From IMG/VR virus record IMGVR_UViG_3300028423_000861, positions 32,001 to 96,000 of that record: a stretch of DNA of 64,000 nucleotides, one strand, 5' to 3'. This DNA is from a virus. Under the pieces are notes generated by a model. It searched no databases. It was not told the origin of the DNA and saw nothing but the letters and a program-made list of their open reading frames with translations. The position numbers and the translations under genes were made by a program. Every line of letters begins with the position of its first letter. Positions within the stretch are counted from its first letter, which is position 1. Shown here in pieces: positions 19,258 through 30,070 of this stretch.

Positions 19258-20747
19258 TGATTATTCCTTTTATAAATGTATATATCATTACCTGCATCCC
19301 ATATACGATTATAACCGTTTATTTTCATGTTATCCCAGGCAGATAATTTTTCATCAAATATCTCTAGTTTATTTACTAGTTTGTGCTTCTGAAATTTCAT
19401 ACGATTGTGCAATGTTTTCCAATCTTCTATTACCCAAAAATTTGGATTTGAACGGCGTTCATATTCAAATCCCATGTTTTTATATACGTTGCCAGAGGCA
19501 TAACGAAGGTCTGCATAACTTATTATGGCTGGATCGTCATACAGTTGTTTAAAAGTTTTGAAAATTTTATTCGCTCCACCCACTACATAATGATATTTTT
19601 TTGTTGCTAATCGAATAATTTCAAATTGAAATCTTCTATCAAAACGAGGCTTTCTAAATGTCATGACTTGTGTTAGTTCATTGTCATGATACAAACCTAG
19701 CTTTATAGATGAATTGGCATATCCTTGTAAGTGATTCTGATTTAAAAATTCTCTTGCTTCAGATGTATTAATTTCTTTTACAACGCATTTCCTTGCTTGT
19801 ATTTGCTTATTGACTCCAATATGATTGGCAATCATCGATTTCCAAATATCATTAGACCTATCAGAAATCCATTCATTTTCAAAAATCTGAAAAAGTTTTA
19901 TATTTTTCTTAACTGACGATTCATATTTTTTATAATGATAATTTTTAGGTAAATTTCTAGCTTCTGAATGCCAATACAGTCCATGGTATTCTATTGCAAT
20001 ACTATAATCTGGTAAAAATATATCCAGTTCATATTTATTATCTAAAGGTTTACGCCTATTTTCCAAAATTTCAATATTGTTATCTAGTGATTTAATATAT
20101 TTCACTATCTCTTTTTCTGAACGGTGTTGGCTGATATCTAATCCAACTCTTTTGAAGATTTTTGAAAGATGACTTTGAGAAATACCTGTATCATTGTATA
20201 TTTGTCTTTTTTCCGTATTAGACAAGTAATCAATATCAGATAAAAGCTCTATAGCACCAGGCTTTAAGTGTGCTTGCTGATAATAAACGCCGTATTTGTC
20301 TAATGCATTCTTCTTTTTTCTTTCCTGAACTTCTGGCAATTGAGAAGCATTCAATACTCCATATTTTTTATTCATATATTTTTTTGAATCAGTTAAAACA
20401 CACCGTGTTCCGTGTTTTTTCATAGTGGTTTTTTCTATTTTTTCTCTTGTATTTTTGTGCTTCTGAGAGCAGGAATTAGAACAAAATTCAACCCTTCCTT
20501 TCCCGTGTATTCTTGCATACGGCATTGGGTTGTTGCATGTTAGGCATTTTTTAACATCATACATATCATTTAATATGTAATGACAGCGATGAGAAAATGA
20601 AACATCTGCTGGCAGGAAATCAGTTAGGTTGATTATCTTCTCATATTTGTCCTTCAAATCGTTCTTATCAAACCACGATGTAGTTATATTCGAATTAAAT
20701 GCACCAGAAGATTTTAGAAGGTGTTGTTTTATAAACTCTTTCATCAA
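19254..20747 (-). CDS. Homing endonuclease (Hef-like, PD-(D/E)xK/Vsr-type)
   Basis: CLTC...FCSNSC, KYG repeats, ELDIFLPDYSIAIEYHGLYWHS, SYADLRY, RIWDAG; AT-rich insertion in the structural region. Confidence 0.8.
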   Translation of the reverse strand: MMKEFIKQHLLKSSGAFNSNITTSWFDKNDLKDKYEKIINLTDFLPADVSFSHRCHYILNDMYDVKKCLTCNNPMPYARIHGKGRVEFCSNSCSQKHKNTREKIEKTTMKKHGTRCVLTDSKKYMNKKYGVLNASQLPEVQERKKKNALDKYGVYYQQAHLKPGAIELLSDIDYLSNTEKRQIYNDTGISQSHLSKIFKRVGLDISQHRSEKEIVKYIKSLDNNIEILENRRKPLDNKYELDIFLPDYSIAIEYHGLYWHSEARNLPKNYHYKKYESSVKKNIKLFQIFENEWISDRSNDIWKSMIANHIGVNKQIQARKCVVKEINTSEAREFLNQNHLQGYANSSIKLGLYHDNELTQVMTFRKPRFDRRFQFEIIRLATKKYHYVVGGANKIFKTFKQLYDDPAIISYADLRYASGNVYKNMGFEYERRSNPNFWVIEDWKTLHNRMKFQKHKLVNKLEIFDEKLSAWDNMKINGYNRIWDAGNDIYIYKRNNQ

Positions 20748-20758
20748 GACCTCAGAAT

Positions 20759-20786
20759 AAAAGCGTGGTAAATTACCACGCTTTTA
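20759..20786 (-). terminator. Intrinsic terminator
   Basis: AAAAGCGTGGTAA-A-TTACCACGCTTTT hairpin after the 988 aa gene. Confidence 0.8.
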
Positions 20787-20798
20787 TTTATCTTGATA

Positions 20799-23765
20799 TT
20801 ATACTGAACCTTCAAGGTAATTTCGTTCAAGTGCCGCAACGGCGGAAATTGTAATACCAGTTGATCTTGTAATCGTACCGGATGCAATAACGAACTGAGC
20901 GTTATTGAGTCCGATAGCAACCAACGTAACCGGTGCGTCTGTTTGAGCACTTGCTGAACCTCTTTGGGTGTTAACATCGTAGTCGTATGTGAATGGAATA
21001 CTAATGTTACCAGCAGCGTCGACAGATCCAGCTGCTCCTGTATGTGTTCCTGTGCCGTTAATATCACCGAAAATCTGGATATCATCTGCATCTTCAACTA
21101 GGATAGCATCTTTGGTTCCGTAATCACGACCAAGGTTATCACCTGCATTGTCATTCGTAAAGAACAACCAATATTTTGCATTTGTATCGCCTTCGAGGTT
21201 TGAGTTGAAAACCAAGCTTCCGGATGCAGTGAACGGGAAGTTACGGCTTGTTTCACTATGGTCTTGGAATGTAGCGTTGTTGATGTCGCTAGTGTTAAGA
21301 TCATCAATGAACAAGTCAATACCTGTTCCTGTTGGAGTAGCAAAGCTCATCAAGAGGTCTGTAATGTTACCAATTGATGTTCCGTTACCAAAGTCGATGT
21401 CTGCGTCATCACGTAGCTGGTTCTGAATAAACTGGAAACACTCCTGCAAGGTTCCGTTATTACCAAACAGTCTCCAACGATATGCAAATGTTCCTGTACC
21501 AATTTGACGCTTGAATCCTTCACGGACTTCAATTGTTGCGGCAGTGTCAGTTGCATTTGTTGTTAGAGTATCTGTTGTAACAAGTGTGATTTGTGAACTG
21601 CTGTCACGTGTTAGAACTGTATAACGGCCATCATTTTCACCACCGTTTTCAGAACCACTTATAACAATCATTGTACCTGGCCCAACACTTGCATCCCATG
21701 TATCACCTGTTAGCGTAATAGTTCTTGCTGATCCATCAAAGTTGTAGTTTGTGGCTGCTGTGGTTTGTGTTAATTCGTCCTTGAACTGTAGGAACATTCC
21801 TGGTTCACGGATTTCATATGTAACTCCACCATCACGTGATGCCGGCCATTCTTCATCTAGAGTGTTGACATAAACAGTTGTAGCTGTTGGTAATACGGCA
21901 TTACTGTCATAATTACTGTCAACAATCTTATAAACACCAACATCAGTTGTGTCGGTTGTTCCGCCTGTAATAACAAGTATATCTCCTGCTTCAACACTTC
22001 CAAACGGTGAGTTAGTCGTGTCGGTTATTTCACCAAGTGCACCCGAAGCAACTGTTCCTGGTGCAACATTAATAATACCTTCACCAGCAGTACCACCATC
22101 TGTTGTGCTTGAAACAATAACACTTGAGTAAACATCATATTCAACGTCTGTGGTGTCATCAACTGACTGCCAATCTCCATTAAACACGAAGTCGCCATCA
22201 GCATTTACATATTCAACATCATCAACTACGAGCTCTGTTTCACTTGTAACTGAAGCGATCAAATAATATCCAACGTCGCTTGTTGATGATGTTGGATCTG
22301 CTGTAATACGCAACACATCACCAACGGCGACACCGTCACTCTGGAAAGTTGCGCCAGAATCTGTAAATGTCAATGTTGAGCTCTTGGTTCCGGTTGTGCC
22401 TGTTGATAGTTCTGCGCTGGTTCCATTAGGATCTGCAGAGAACTTGTATGGGCTTGTGCCGAAAATTTGTGCGTCGGTGATTGTAATAGCTGCGTCTGCT
22501 GTAGCAGTAAGCGGGAATCGGTTAACAATAGTTTGTAGTGTGCTAACACCGATGTCTGCAATCTCTGACTGAGCGTATGTTCGACCCTTTTTACGAGCGA
22601 ATAGTTTGAGGTAGGTTGTTCGGTCAAAGCCATCACCATATGCACCATCCTGGTTAGGGTCATCAAGAATCTGAACTGATTCGTTAACAACACCGGTAAA
22701 GGTAAAGTCGTTTTTGGCTGTTGTTGCGCTGACCTGCTGGTAATAAACTTGAGTGTCAATATCAAGAGAACCAAGTGTAACAACACCGGTCCAACGTGCT
22801 AGGTCTTGGTCACCAACCTGGTTACGTGTCTTTTCAGCCCATCCTCCAGTTCTAACCTTTTTACGGGTATAATCGTTGAACCAATTCCAGTTATCGTGTG
22901 CTGAACCGCCGCCAACTTCGAACTGCTCACTGGTAATAGCCTCGAAAGGAAATTCTGTTCGGATAAGGTCGTCGTTGTAATCACCTGACAAGTCAGTGAT
23001 TAGTGAGTCAACACGCCATTCATCCTTACCAAAGGAGTATATAGCCTGGAGGGTAATACCGTCTTTAACGTCGCCATCATCATCACCTGTGGTTTCATTT
23101 CCATTAATAAATTCACCAGTTGGTGTTGTTGATGCGACAACTGCACTTGCACCGTTGTTAAACACACCGACAAGAATACGATCATCAAACGTGTGTGTTG
23201 TTCCGGTTGCATCACTGTTTAGTGTGAGAACGGTTCCAGCCAATGCATTTGCGTATGTTGTTGCAAGACTGATAGTGTTTGCATCAACCCAGATAATGTA
23301 ATAAACATTACCCACTGTGAGTGCTGTATCAGCGCCACCACCACCTGCACTGGTGTAAACAATGGCATCGCCAGTAACATATCCGTGTGCGTTGATTGTA
23401 ATTTGGTTTGAAGCAACGGTAGTCAAATCAACCGTTGTTTGTGCAACAGTCAGTGATGTAGTTGCTGCACCTGTTGAACCATTATCAATATCCACTGCTG
23501 TGAATGCTGATGTTGATGGTGTTGTGTCGACGAAATAATGACCTGCGTCTGGTCCTGTTAAAACCGCTGCAACGTCACCTTCAGTAATGCCTGTCCATCC
23601 TGTTCCATCTGTATTGGTGATTTCGCTTGTAGTTGACACGTAGCAGTTTGCTAGTGTTGCGCCACGCTGTGTATCACCAACCGGATAAATTGAGATTTCC
23701 TGGCTAGCTGTACCGAAAATAACGTCATAGCGACCGATTAGATCTGGATCGGTAATAATTGCCAT
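20799..23765 (-). CDS. Large virion structural protein
   Basis: 988 aa, Thr/Gly/Asp-rich; late promoter 23808-23814, GGAG RBS and its own terminator. Confidence 0.7.
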   Translation of the reverse strand: MAIITDPDLIGRYDVIFGTASQEISIYPVGDTQRGATLANCYVSTTSEITNTDGTGWTGITEGDVAAVLTGPDAGHYFVDTTPSTSAFTAVDIDNGSTGAATTSLTVAQTTVDLTTVASNQITINAHGYVTGDAIVYTSAGGGGADTALTVGNVYYIIWVDANTISLATTYANALAGTVLTLNSDATGTTHTFDDRILVGVFNNGASAVVASTTPTGEFINGNETTGDDDGDVKDGITLQAIYSFGKDEWRVDSLITDLSGDYNDDLIRTEFPFEAITSEQFEVGGGSAHDNWNWFNDYTRKKVRTGGWAEKTRNQVGDQDLARWTGVVTLGSLDIDTQVYYQQVSATTAKNDFTFTGVVNESVQILDDPNQDGAYGDGFDRTTYLKLFARKKGRTYAQSEIADIGVSTLQTIVNRFPLTATADAAITITDAQIFGTSPYKFSADPNGTSAELSTGTTGTKSSTLTFTDSGATFQSDGVAVGDVLRITADPTSSTSDVGYYLIASVTSETELVVDDVEYVNADGDFVFNGDWQSVDDTTDVEYDVYSSVIVSSTTDGGTAGEGIINVAPGTVASGALGEITDTTNSPFGSVEAGDILVITGGTTDTTDVGVYKIVDSNYDSNAVLPTATTVYVNTLDEEWPASRDGGVTYEIREPGMFLQFKDELTQTTAATNYNFDGSARTITLTGDTWDASVGPGTMIVISGSENGGENDGRYTVLTRDSSSQITLVTTDTLTTNATDTAATIEVREGFKRQIGTGTFAYRWRLFGNNGTLQECFQFIQNQLRDDADIDFGNGTSIGNITDLLMSFATPTGTGIDLFIDDLNTSDINNATFQDHSETSRNFPFTASGSLVFNSNLEGDTNAKYWLFFTNDNAGDNLGRDYGTKDAILVEDADDIQIFGDINGTGTHTGAAGSVDAAGNISIPFTYDYDVNTQRGSASAQTDAPVTLVAIGLNNAQFVIASGTITRSTGITISAVAALERNYLEGSV

Positions 23766-23827
23766 GTCTTAGTATCCCTCCTGGTTAATTATTGCATATG
23801 CTAGAGTTATTTATGCAAAACCGGCAA

Positions 23828-25795
23828 TTATATGGATCCAACGAGGTAATTTCGTTCAGTAATTTGCTGAACTGGAATACTCTGATTTGTATTGGTTAAC
23901 TGTAGTCCTGTTAGTCGAATATCTTTAGCGAACAGGTTGAAAATCACAACGATTAAGTTAATGTCTGTCGTATATGTATATGTATAGCTAAAATCTCCAA
24001 GGAAGGTGGCTGAAAAAGTTGCTCCGGTTCCGGTTCCTCCAGTCACACTTATCGGAGCAGATGGGTTTTCAGTGTATCCTGATCCAGGATCTGCAACACT
24101 TACAGAAGTAATACTGCCACCGCCATCAACACTATCAACATTCAATTGTGCTGCGGTTGTAAAAGTGCCACCTTGTAATGTAAGTGTATCGTTTACTGAG
24201 TATCCTGATCCACCTGAAATAATGTTAGCACTTCTTAATGTACTTTCACTACTTTCTGTTCCGGCGATTTCTATACCTTTTGTAGTAGATAGATCTGAAT
24301 TGAAAAGCCTGATTTCCGAATCTGTCTGGATACCGGTTAGAGTAAATGTAACCTGAAGTGGTTCTTCATATGTCACACCATCATCAGCAATAACTTGGTA
24401 ATTGTTAAGATCATCACCAGTGACATTTATCAAATACACTCCTGGTGCTCCAAAAAATCTTCCACCAGCGAATGTGCCAAGAGGACTTGCTTTGGTTGGC
24501 GTAAATGGAGTAACAGTTGTCGTCGTATTAAGACTATTACCTCCTATAACCAAGTTTTCACCAGTTACAAACGTCCCTTGTGAATTATTCAGCGTAACAT
24601 AAGTGTCTGATGAGTTCTTATTTGTAACGTACCCGGTTGCTCCTGACACCGAGCCCGTAACCTCGTCACCAATATTGACTGTGCCAGTTTCTGATGTATA
24701 ATCTATTCTATAGTCGATACCAATATATTGTTCTCCGTCAAGACCATTAAGTTGGGTAGTAGAACCTCTACGTGTAATATACTTCACGTATTCATAGACA
24801 TAACTTAGTGAGTTATTTGCACAATCCAATTGTATTGAATAATTCTCATTTGTTGTATCACTGTTAACATCGGCTGTATATGGACCTGTATAATTTATTG
24901 TTATCCCATTCGCAGCAATAACACCTGTTGTCTCGTTATTCAAATCATCCTGTGTAGCAAGTGGAATAGCAATACGACCACCGTTACTTGCATCCGAAAC
25001 AAAGTTATCATATGTGGTATTTGCTAAACGTGCATATACAGTCAAGTAACCGTTATCAATAAGTGTACCAAATTCATTTATTGGGAACAGTCTATCTATA
25101 GATCCTGTTGGAAAGAAAGTATCAAATGTCGTTTGATTCCTAGCAACATAAATTTGTGTTCCAGGAACAATCGTACCAATTGTATACAAGTTTGCCCATT
25201 CCCAGTTACCTGACTCAGGAGTAGCATCATTTTGGGTTGCTGTGTTTGATGATGTAGATGCGGTTAGTGTTCCTGTACTTGTAAAGCTATCCGTCGCGGC
25301 GCTTGAATCCGGTCGAATCCAAACTTGGAAATTCGTAGTATCAACATAAAGTATTTTACCACTATCTCCATCAGTGTGAGTTACTGTATCACCCTCATCG
25401 CTTGTTACCAGATTAAACGCCGTGCTTGAACACTGAACACGTATAATTCCGATATTGGTTGTTTCGGTTCTTGTCCATCCTGTCGTTGTGATACCACCAC
25501 CTGTAAAATGTTGAATAGTAAAAGGATCAATAAACCAAGGCTCGTTATCGTTTGTTTCAATTTCACCTATTGTATACTGTGTTGGCGTTACCGCACGAAA
25601 CGGAACACCTTCATTCATATAATCTCCGGCGCCAGCTGTGACATTATCAAAAACGTCCATCACAGCTGAATATACTTCATTAACGGTTCTCGTAGCAGTA
25701 TTTGCCGCAGACCCAGTCCATTTGATCTGCTTGTCTCCGCCAGTATCATCTGTAAAGTAGATGGTAATATCACCACCAAGAACTGAAACACTCAT
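23828..25795 (-). CDS. Virion structural protein
   Basis: 655 aa; GGSGY repeats; C-terminus ERNYLVGSI like the next gene. Confidence 0.7.
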   Translation of the reverse strand: MSVSVLGGDITIYFTDDTGGDKQIKWTGSAANTATRTVNEVYSAVMDVFDNVTAGAGDYMNEGVPFRAVTPTQYTIGEIETNDNEPWFIDPFTIQHFTGGGITTTGWTRTETTNIGIIRVQCSSTAFNLVTSDEGDTVTHTDGDSGKILYVDTTNFQVWIRPDSSAATDSFTSTGTLTASTSSNTATQNDATPESGNWEWANLYTIGTIVPGTQIYVARNQTTFDTFFPTGSIDRLFPINEFGTLIDNGYLTVYARLANTTYDNFVSDASNGGRIAIPLATQDDLNNETTGVIAANGITINYTGPYTADVNSDTTNENYSIQLDCANNSLSYVYEYVKYITRRGSTTQLNGLDGEQYIGIDYRIDYTSETGTVNIGDEVTGSVSGATGYVTNKNSSDTYVTLNNSQGTFVTGENLVIGGNSLNTTTTVTPFTPTKASPLGTFAGGRFFGAPGVYLINVTGDDLNNYQVIADDGVTYEEPLQVTFTLTGIQTDSEIRLFNSDLSTTKGIEIAGTESSESTLRSANIISGGSGYSVNDTLTLQGGTFTTAAQLNVDSVDGGGSITSVSVADPGSGYTENPSAPISVTGGTGTGATFSATFLGDFSYTYTYTTDINLIVVIFNLFAKDIRLTGLQLTNTNQSIPVQQITERNYLVGSI

Positions 25796-27486
25796 GCCGC
25801 TGCTATAATATCCTCGTTAAGTGTTACGGTTAGGAGAAGTCCTGAACCCGTATTAGCCGTGGTTTCGACAGGCACATATCGTGTGCTGCCGGTAGTGCTT
25901 CTGCGCACCCTAATATAAACATCATTGTTTGCCGATGTTGAAAATGTAACATCTCCATTAACATCCGTCTCATCATTCGCTAATTCTGTATCCGTTCCAA
26001 CATCATATACTGCAACAACTGCACCAGTTACTGGGTTAGTAGTCGAATCAACAACGGTAATCGTGACACTCACGTTGTTATTGATAGTTACAGTCCCGGT
26101 CGAGTTTGTAGTGTCAACAGTGGGAGTATCTCCACCTGTAACATTAATTGTTATAGGACTTCCACTCGTATTAACTAAAACTTCATTTCCTGTTCCGCCA
26201 TCTGTAGCTGCATACCCATCGTATGTAAAATTTGAAAATGTAAATGGAGAATTAGTAGCATCAGCTATTTCAATAGCATGGCCTGTGCCACCTGATGTAA
26301 AACTGAGATCACTCAAATTGGTAGTATCTTCAATCAATACAGCCGCTTCCGCTGTTCCAGTAGATGTTGTCGCTGATATATCATTATTGCGGAATTCTGT
26401 TTGTCCAATAACAATTTGTGAACATCCACTAAAGCTAGTAGCAAAAATTTCATGATTTGGACCAGCTGTGGCATCTGTAGTAAATGTGACTCCTTGAGTA
26501 AAGCCACCAAAGGTGCAACCATATAGTCCTAGCGTATCTATATTTGCACTTGATGCAGTAAAAAATGCACCAACGCCAGCAGGGGTGATAAGAGAACATC
26601 CTTCTGACCCCGAACCAATACCATCACGAACACCAAGAATAAAACTGGTCGTGCCAGTTGCGTTTCCTGTTATAGTATATCCATATTTGTTAGTGCTGAA
26701 ATTTCGATCTTCGAAAACAACGGTTTGTCCTGTATCCTCAAAATCAAGACTTCCGGTCCCAGCACTATCACCAAATGTTAGAGGTCCTTGGAGACCAATC
26801 AAGTCAGCACCCAGCTCTCTGCAAATACCATATGCACCTGAAGTCGCACTTGCTGTGGTAACATGGTCAGCGGTAGAACGATCTCTTTGAGCAATTTCTA
26901 AAAATTTACCCTCTGTTCCTGTTCCGCCACCTGTAATGGTCAATCCGCCGTTGCCGTAGAATATGATGTCAACAAAACAGTTTTCCTGGTTACCAACACT
27001 CTTAGCAAGCGTTTTAAAAACTGCACCAATATCATCAATACTTGTTAGAACCAATGAACCAGCACCACCGCCGGCAAGTGTTGTTGTATTTGCAGGTAAA
27101 TTACCAGTATCGATAGTAAAACATTGCCAGACAACTGGTCCATCGTCGTGGCGGAAACCCGCACCATCAGAGCCGCCAACGTGATATCCAGCAGCATTGG
27201 TTCCATCACCCAAATAAACTTGAATTCCTCCATTTACTGTTGTGTCAAGAACTCCACCCGGGAGCATCCACACATAAACTAAGGTATCTGTTAGATCAAC
27301 TCCTGCCGGCAATGTATGATAAACATCTTCAGTAGCAGTTGAGACCTGGATACCCAAACAAGCATTTGCCTCAACAGGATCTGGTGCACTAGTAAAAACA
27401 GTTGGACTACCTGAAGAACTAGTCCATCCAGTGTTGGCGTCAGCTTCGTCAACAACAGTCCTGTTATCCAAAATAGTTACTGCCAT
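25792..27486 (-). CDS. Virion structural protein with C-terminal Ig/CarboxypepD-like domain
   Basis: 564 aa, Thr/Gly-rich; VTITVVD...PVTGAVVAVY...TDVNG. Confidence 0.65.
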   Translation of the reverse strand: MAVTILDNRTVVDEADANTGWTSSSGSPTVFTSAPDPVEANACLGIQVSTATEDVYHTLPAGVDLTDTLVYVWMLPGGVLDTTVNGGIQVYLGDGTNAAGYHVGGSDGAGFRHDDGPVVWQCFTIDTGNLPANTTTLAGGGAGSLVLTSIDDIGAVFKTLAKSVGNQENCFVDIIFYGNGGLTITGGGTGTEGKFLEIAQRDRSTADHVTTASATSGAYGICRELGADLIGLQGPLTFGDSAGTGSLDFEDTGQTVVFEDRNFSTNKYGYTITGNATGTTSFILGVRDGIGSGSEGCSLITPAGVGAFFTASSANIDTLGLYGCTFGGFTQGVTFTTDATAGPNHEIFATSFSGCSQIVIGQTEFRNNDISATTSTGTAEAAVLIEDTTNLSDLSFTSGGTGHAIEIADATNSPFTFSNFTYDGYAATDGGTGNEVLVNTSGSPITINVTGGDTPTVDTTNSTGTVTINNNVSVTITVVDSTTNPVTGAVVAVYDVGTDTELANDETDVNGDVTFSTSANNDVYIRVRRSTTGSTRYVPVETTANTGSGLLLTVTLNEDIIAAA

Positions 27487-27911
27487 TATCTCTCCTTGAG
27501 GAACCGGTCATAAAGAATCATTATAGCGGCCTGCTCTCCCCAAAATCCTCCATTATTAACCATACTTGGAATTTTAACAGCATGGTCTATACCTTCACGA
27601 AATTCGGTCATATATGGAGAAAAACCAGTTCTACCAATAACGTAGAGCGCATTTGTTGGATGGTTAAAATCAGGAAGTTCAACAGTTGCATTTTCATCAA
27701 CAAAAACTCTTTCAAAATTTTGTTGATCGGTTTCTGCAAAAACCTCTTGTAGGTTTGTTTTTTCTAAACAACGACTTTTGCTAATACCTGAAACTGGAAC
27801 CATATAAAATTCATCAAGTCCAAATTCCTTTAATGGATGTATCCACACATCAAATTCATTAATTGGAGACCGCCAGCCCAATTCCCAATGTCCGACTACT
27901 TTTACTGTCAT
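27486..27911 (-). CDS. SPOUT (SpoU/TrmL-like) methyltransferase-like protein
   Basis: LPDFNHPTNALYVIG...VKIPS...QAAIMILYDR resembles the SPOUT knot C-terminus. Confidence 0.5.
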   Translation of the reverse strand: MTVKVVGHWELGWRSPINEFDVWIHPLKEFGLDEFYMVPVSGISKSRCLEKTNLQEVFAETDQQNFERVFVDENATVELPDFNHPTNALYVIGRTGFSPYMTEFREGIDHAVKIPSMVNNGGFWGEQAAIMILYDRFLKER

Positions 27912-27914
27912 ATT

Positions 27915-28313
27915 TTACTCCAATGTAATCTGTAATGTAATACGAATTTCATCGCCGTTGTTTTGAATGTTTAGTGGCGCATTAGTAAACCGTTCTGCCC
28001 ACATAAGCGCCCCGCTAGTTGCTTGCACTACGTAATATCCATATACATTACCAGCAGCACCGGTAAATGTAAATGTAACTTCTGGATACGCTGCGGTTGA
28101 TGGGCTTCCTGGTGTTACTGTCCAGCTTGCCGCAGTCAAAGGAACATCAGCATAACCACCTCCTGATGTTTCTGTATAAGTTAGTTCTGTATCGCTCTCG
28201 CTTGGTGTAGTATCTGAACTATAAAGTTTCAGAACAAGATCTTCAGGTGCTGTTTTATTGAGGAAGTTTTCCAAAATAATGGCTTCAGAGCTATTTGGGA
28301 CGAGTAAGGTCAT
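27915..28313 (-). CDS. Small virion structural protein
   Basis: LKLY...TETSGGGY...VTFTFT...VYGYYVV...WAERF. Confidence 0.65.
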   Translation of the reverse strand: MTLLVPNSSEAIILENFLNKTAPEDLVLKLYSSDTTPSESDTELTYTETSGGGYADVPLTAASWTVTPGSPSTAAYPEVTFTFTGAAGNVYGYYVVQATSGALMWAERFTNAPLNIQNNGDEIRITLQITLE

Positions 28314-29032
28314 TCGTTATCCTTTGGTTTTCTTTTCTTGCGTGTCTGTGTTTTTTCGGTTCGAGGTTCTTCCTGTTTAACTTCGATTAACGGTTCACCC
28401 TCAGGAGCCTCCTCAACATGCTCGCGAACAGTTTTGATCCAGTTATTTTCATCACGCTCTACTGCTTTGGTTACCGTGCGTTTTGTTTCGGGTAATGTCA
28501 CATGGATAACCGGAGCAGGAACATGAATAACAGGATTGAAATTTTGCATTTCGTCGATTTTGTCGATTAGCTTTCCTACCAATTGAATAAGAAGAGCAGT
28601 TTCACTCATTTCCTGAGTATCACCCGGATCCTCTGTGCTGGCATTTGGAACATATGTTAGAGGGCTTTCTTCCTCTTCTTGCGGTTGACGAGCATTGCGG
28701 AAAGAAACGTCGGCATTTTCAGCCAATTGTTCTTCATCTTCAACTTCTTGCTCTAGCTCGTCAATTTCATCATTCTCTTCAACAGCTTCATCATTCTCTT
28801 CAACAGCTTGTTGAGCAGCTTTTTCGGTTACTCGTGCAAGACGTTCGTTGAGGCTTTTGATCTGACTAGCAGCATCGAATTCCTTGTCGGCATGTTTTGC
28901 AACGTATTCTTTACTTGCTACAGATTCAGTAACTTCGCCCGATTCGTCAGTGCTGCGAAATTTAACTTCAGCACTGGGCTTGAGTTTACTCACTGTAGTA
29001 ATGTAATCATTAAGATCTTTTTTAGTGGCCAT
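28310..29032 (-). CDS. Hypothetical acidic late protein
   Basis: 240 aa; PVIHVPAPVIHV; ATAAATA upstream. Confidence 0.65.
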   Translation of the reverse strand: MATKKDLNDYITTVSKLKPSAEVKFRSTDESGEVTESVASKEYVAKHADKEFDAASQIKSLNERLARVTEKAAQQAVEENDEAVEENDEIDELEQEVEDEEQLAENADVSFRNARQPQEEEESPLTYVPNASTEDPGDTQEMSETALLIQLVGKLIDKIDEMQNFNPVIHVPAPVIHVTLPETKRTVTKAVERDENNWIKTVREHVEEAPEGEPLIEVKQEEPRTEKTQTRKKRKPKDNE

Positions 29033-29132
29033 GATTTATCCTCTGGTGTATCTATTTATCCGGAATCAGGCACTTACTGAAAACCGCACAGTGTAATTAA
29101 CCGCGCGGTTATTTATCTGAGCGTCTGTTCTT

Positions 29133-29681
29133 TCAAACAGATGTATTCTGCAATGCCTGCGTATACCTAGGTTCGGCTATTCCAGTCCCATATACCCACC
29201 AACCAACTGCATCGTGGTATCTACGTCCGTAGCTGCCTACTTCGATTCCATTAATTTCTATATCCCAACCGGCCTGGGTTTCAACAACAGTTGCTGAATC
29301 TCCCATGAATTTTTCGGCACGTTTGAGAACTTCCCATGCAGCAAATTTTGACTCTTCAGAGTTCACGCAACGTGTGAACAATTCGACTTTGAAAAATTGA
29401 TTTTGGTGTAGGTCGTCCACCCGTTCATTTCTAAAACACGGACCAGCACTTACAAAATTTACACCTTCTAGTTGGTTGTCTATGGATAATTGCAAGAAAG
29501 CTTGTTCAGCACTACCAACCAATCCGCCTTTTCCTGCTACACGATAGATATTTGATCTCTTTTCACAGGTAATTTCCAGTGCTTCAAGAGACACAAACCA
29601 CGGTGTTTCAATGTATTTGAAACCATGGTCCTGGTAGAATTCTACCGCATTACTGATTAATTTCCAATTAATATTTTTCAT
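29133..29681 (-). CDS. Minimal class II aminoacyl-tRNA-synthetase-like catalytic domain
   Basis: GFKYIETPW (motif 1), SAEQ, CFRNE...HQNQFFKVEL (motif 2), IEVGSYG...GTGIAEPR (motif 3). Confidence 0.75.
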   Translation of the reverse strand: MKNINWKLISNAVEFYQDHGFKYIETPWFVSLEALEITCEKRSNIYRVAGKGGLVGSAEQAFLQLSIDNQLEGVNFVSAGPCFRNERVDDLHQNQFFKVELFTRCVNSEESKFAAWEVLKRAEKFMGDSATVVETQAGWDIEINGIEVGSYGRRYHDAVGWWVYGTGIAEPRYTQALQNTSV

Positions 29682-29758
29682 TTATCTAATCATGTCTTTA
29701 TTATACTTATTATAAATTATCATATTTTAAATATGTGAGTAAGATCGGAATTTATAAC

Positions 29759-30070
29759 ATGTTCATAATAAAACAAAATGATACGGCACCTTCTATTAAA
29801 GCTATACTCAGTGGATTTAGCGATTTGACTGGCGTATCTGTAGTTTTTAATATGAAGCCAACTGATGATGACACTGTAAAAATATCTCGAGGCACTGGAA
29901 ATATCGTAGATGAAACAAAAAAACTTGTCGAGTATGAATGGCAAGCAGCAGATACAGACACATCTGGAACATTTTATGGAGAATTTGAAGTTACTTATTC
30001 CGACGGATCAATAGAAACCTACCCAAACAACACCTGTCTTCAAATCAAGATTATTGACGATATCGCTTAA
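29759..30070 (+). CDS. BppU N-terminal-like (baseplate upper) domain protein
   Basis: FIIKQNDTAP...YEWQAADTDTSGTFYGEFEVTYSDGSIETYPN. Confidence 0.7.
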   Translation: MFIIKQNDTAPSIKAILSGFSDLTGVSVVFNMKPTDDDTVKISRGTGNIVDETKKLVEYEWQAADTDTSGTFYGEFEVTYSDGSIETYPNNTCLQIKIIDDIA

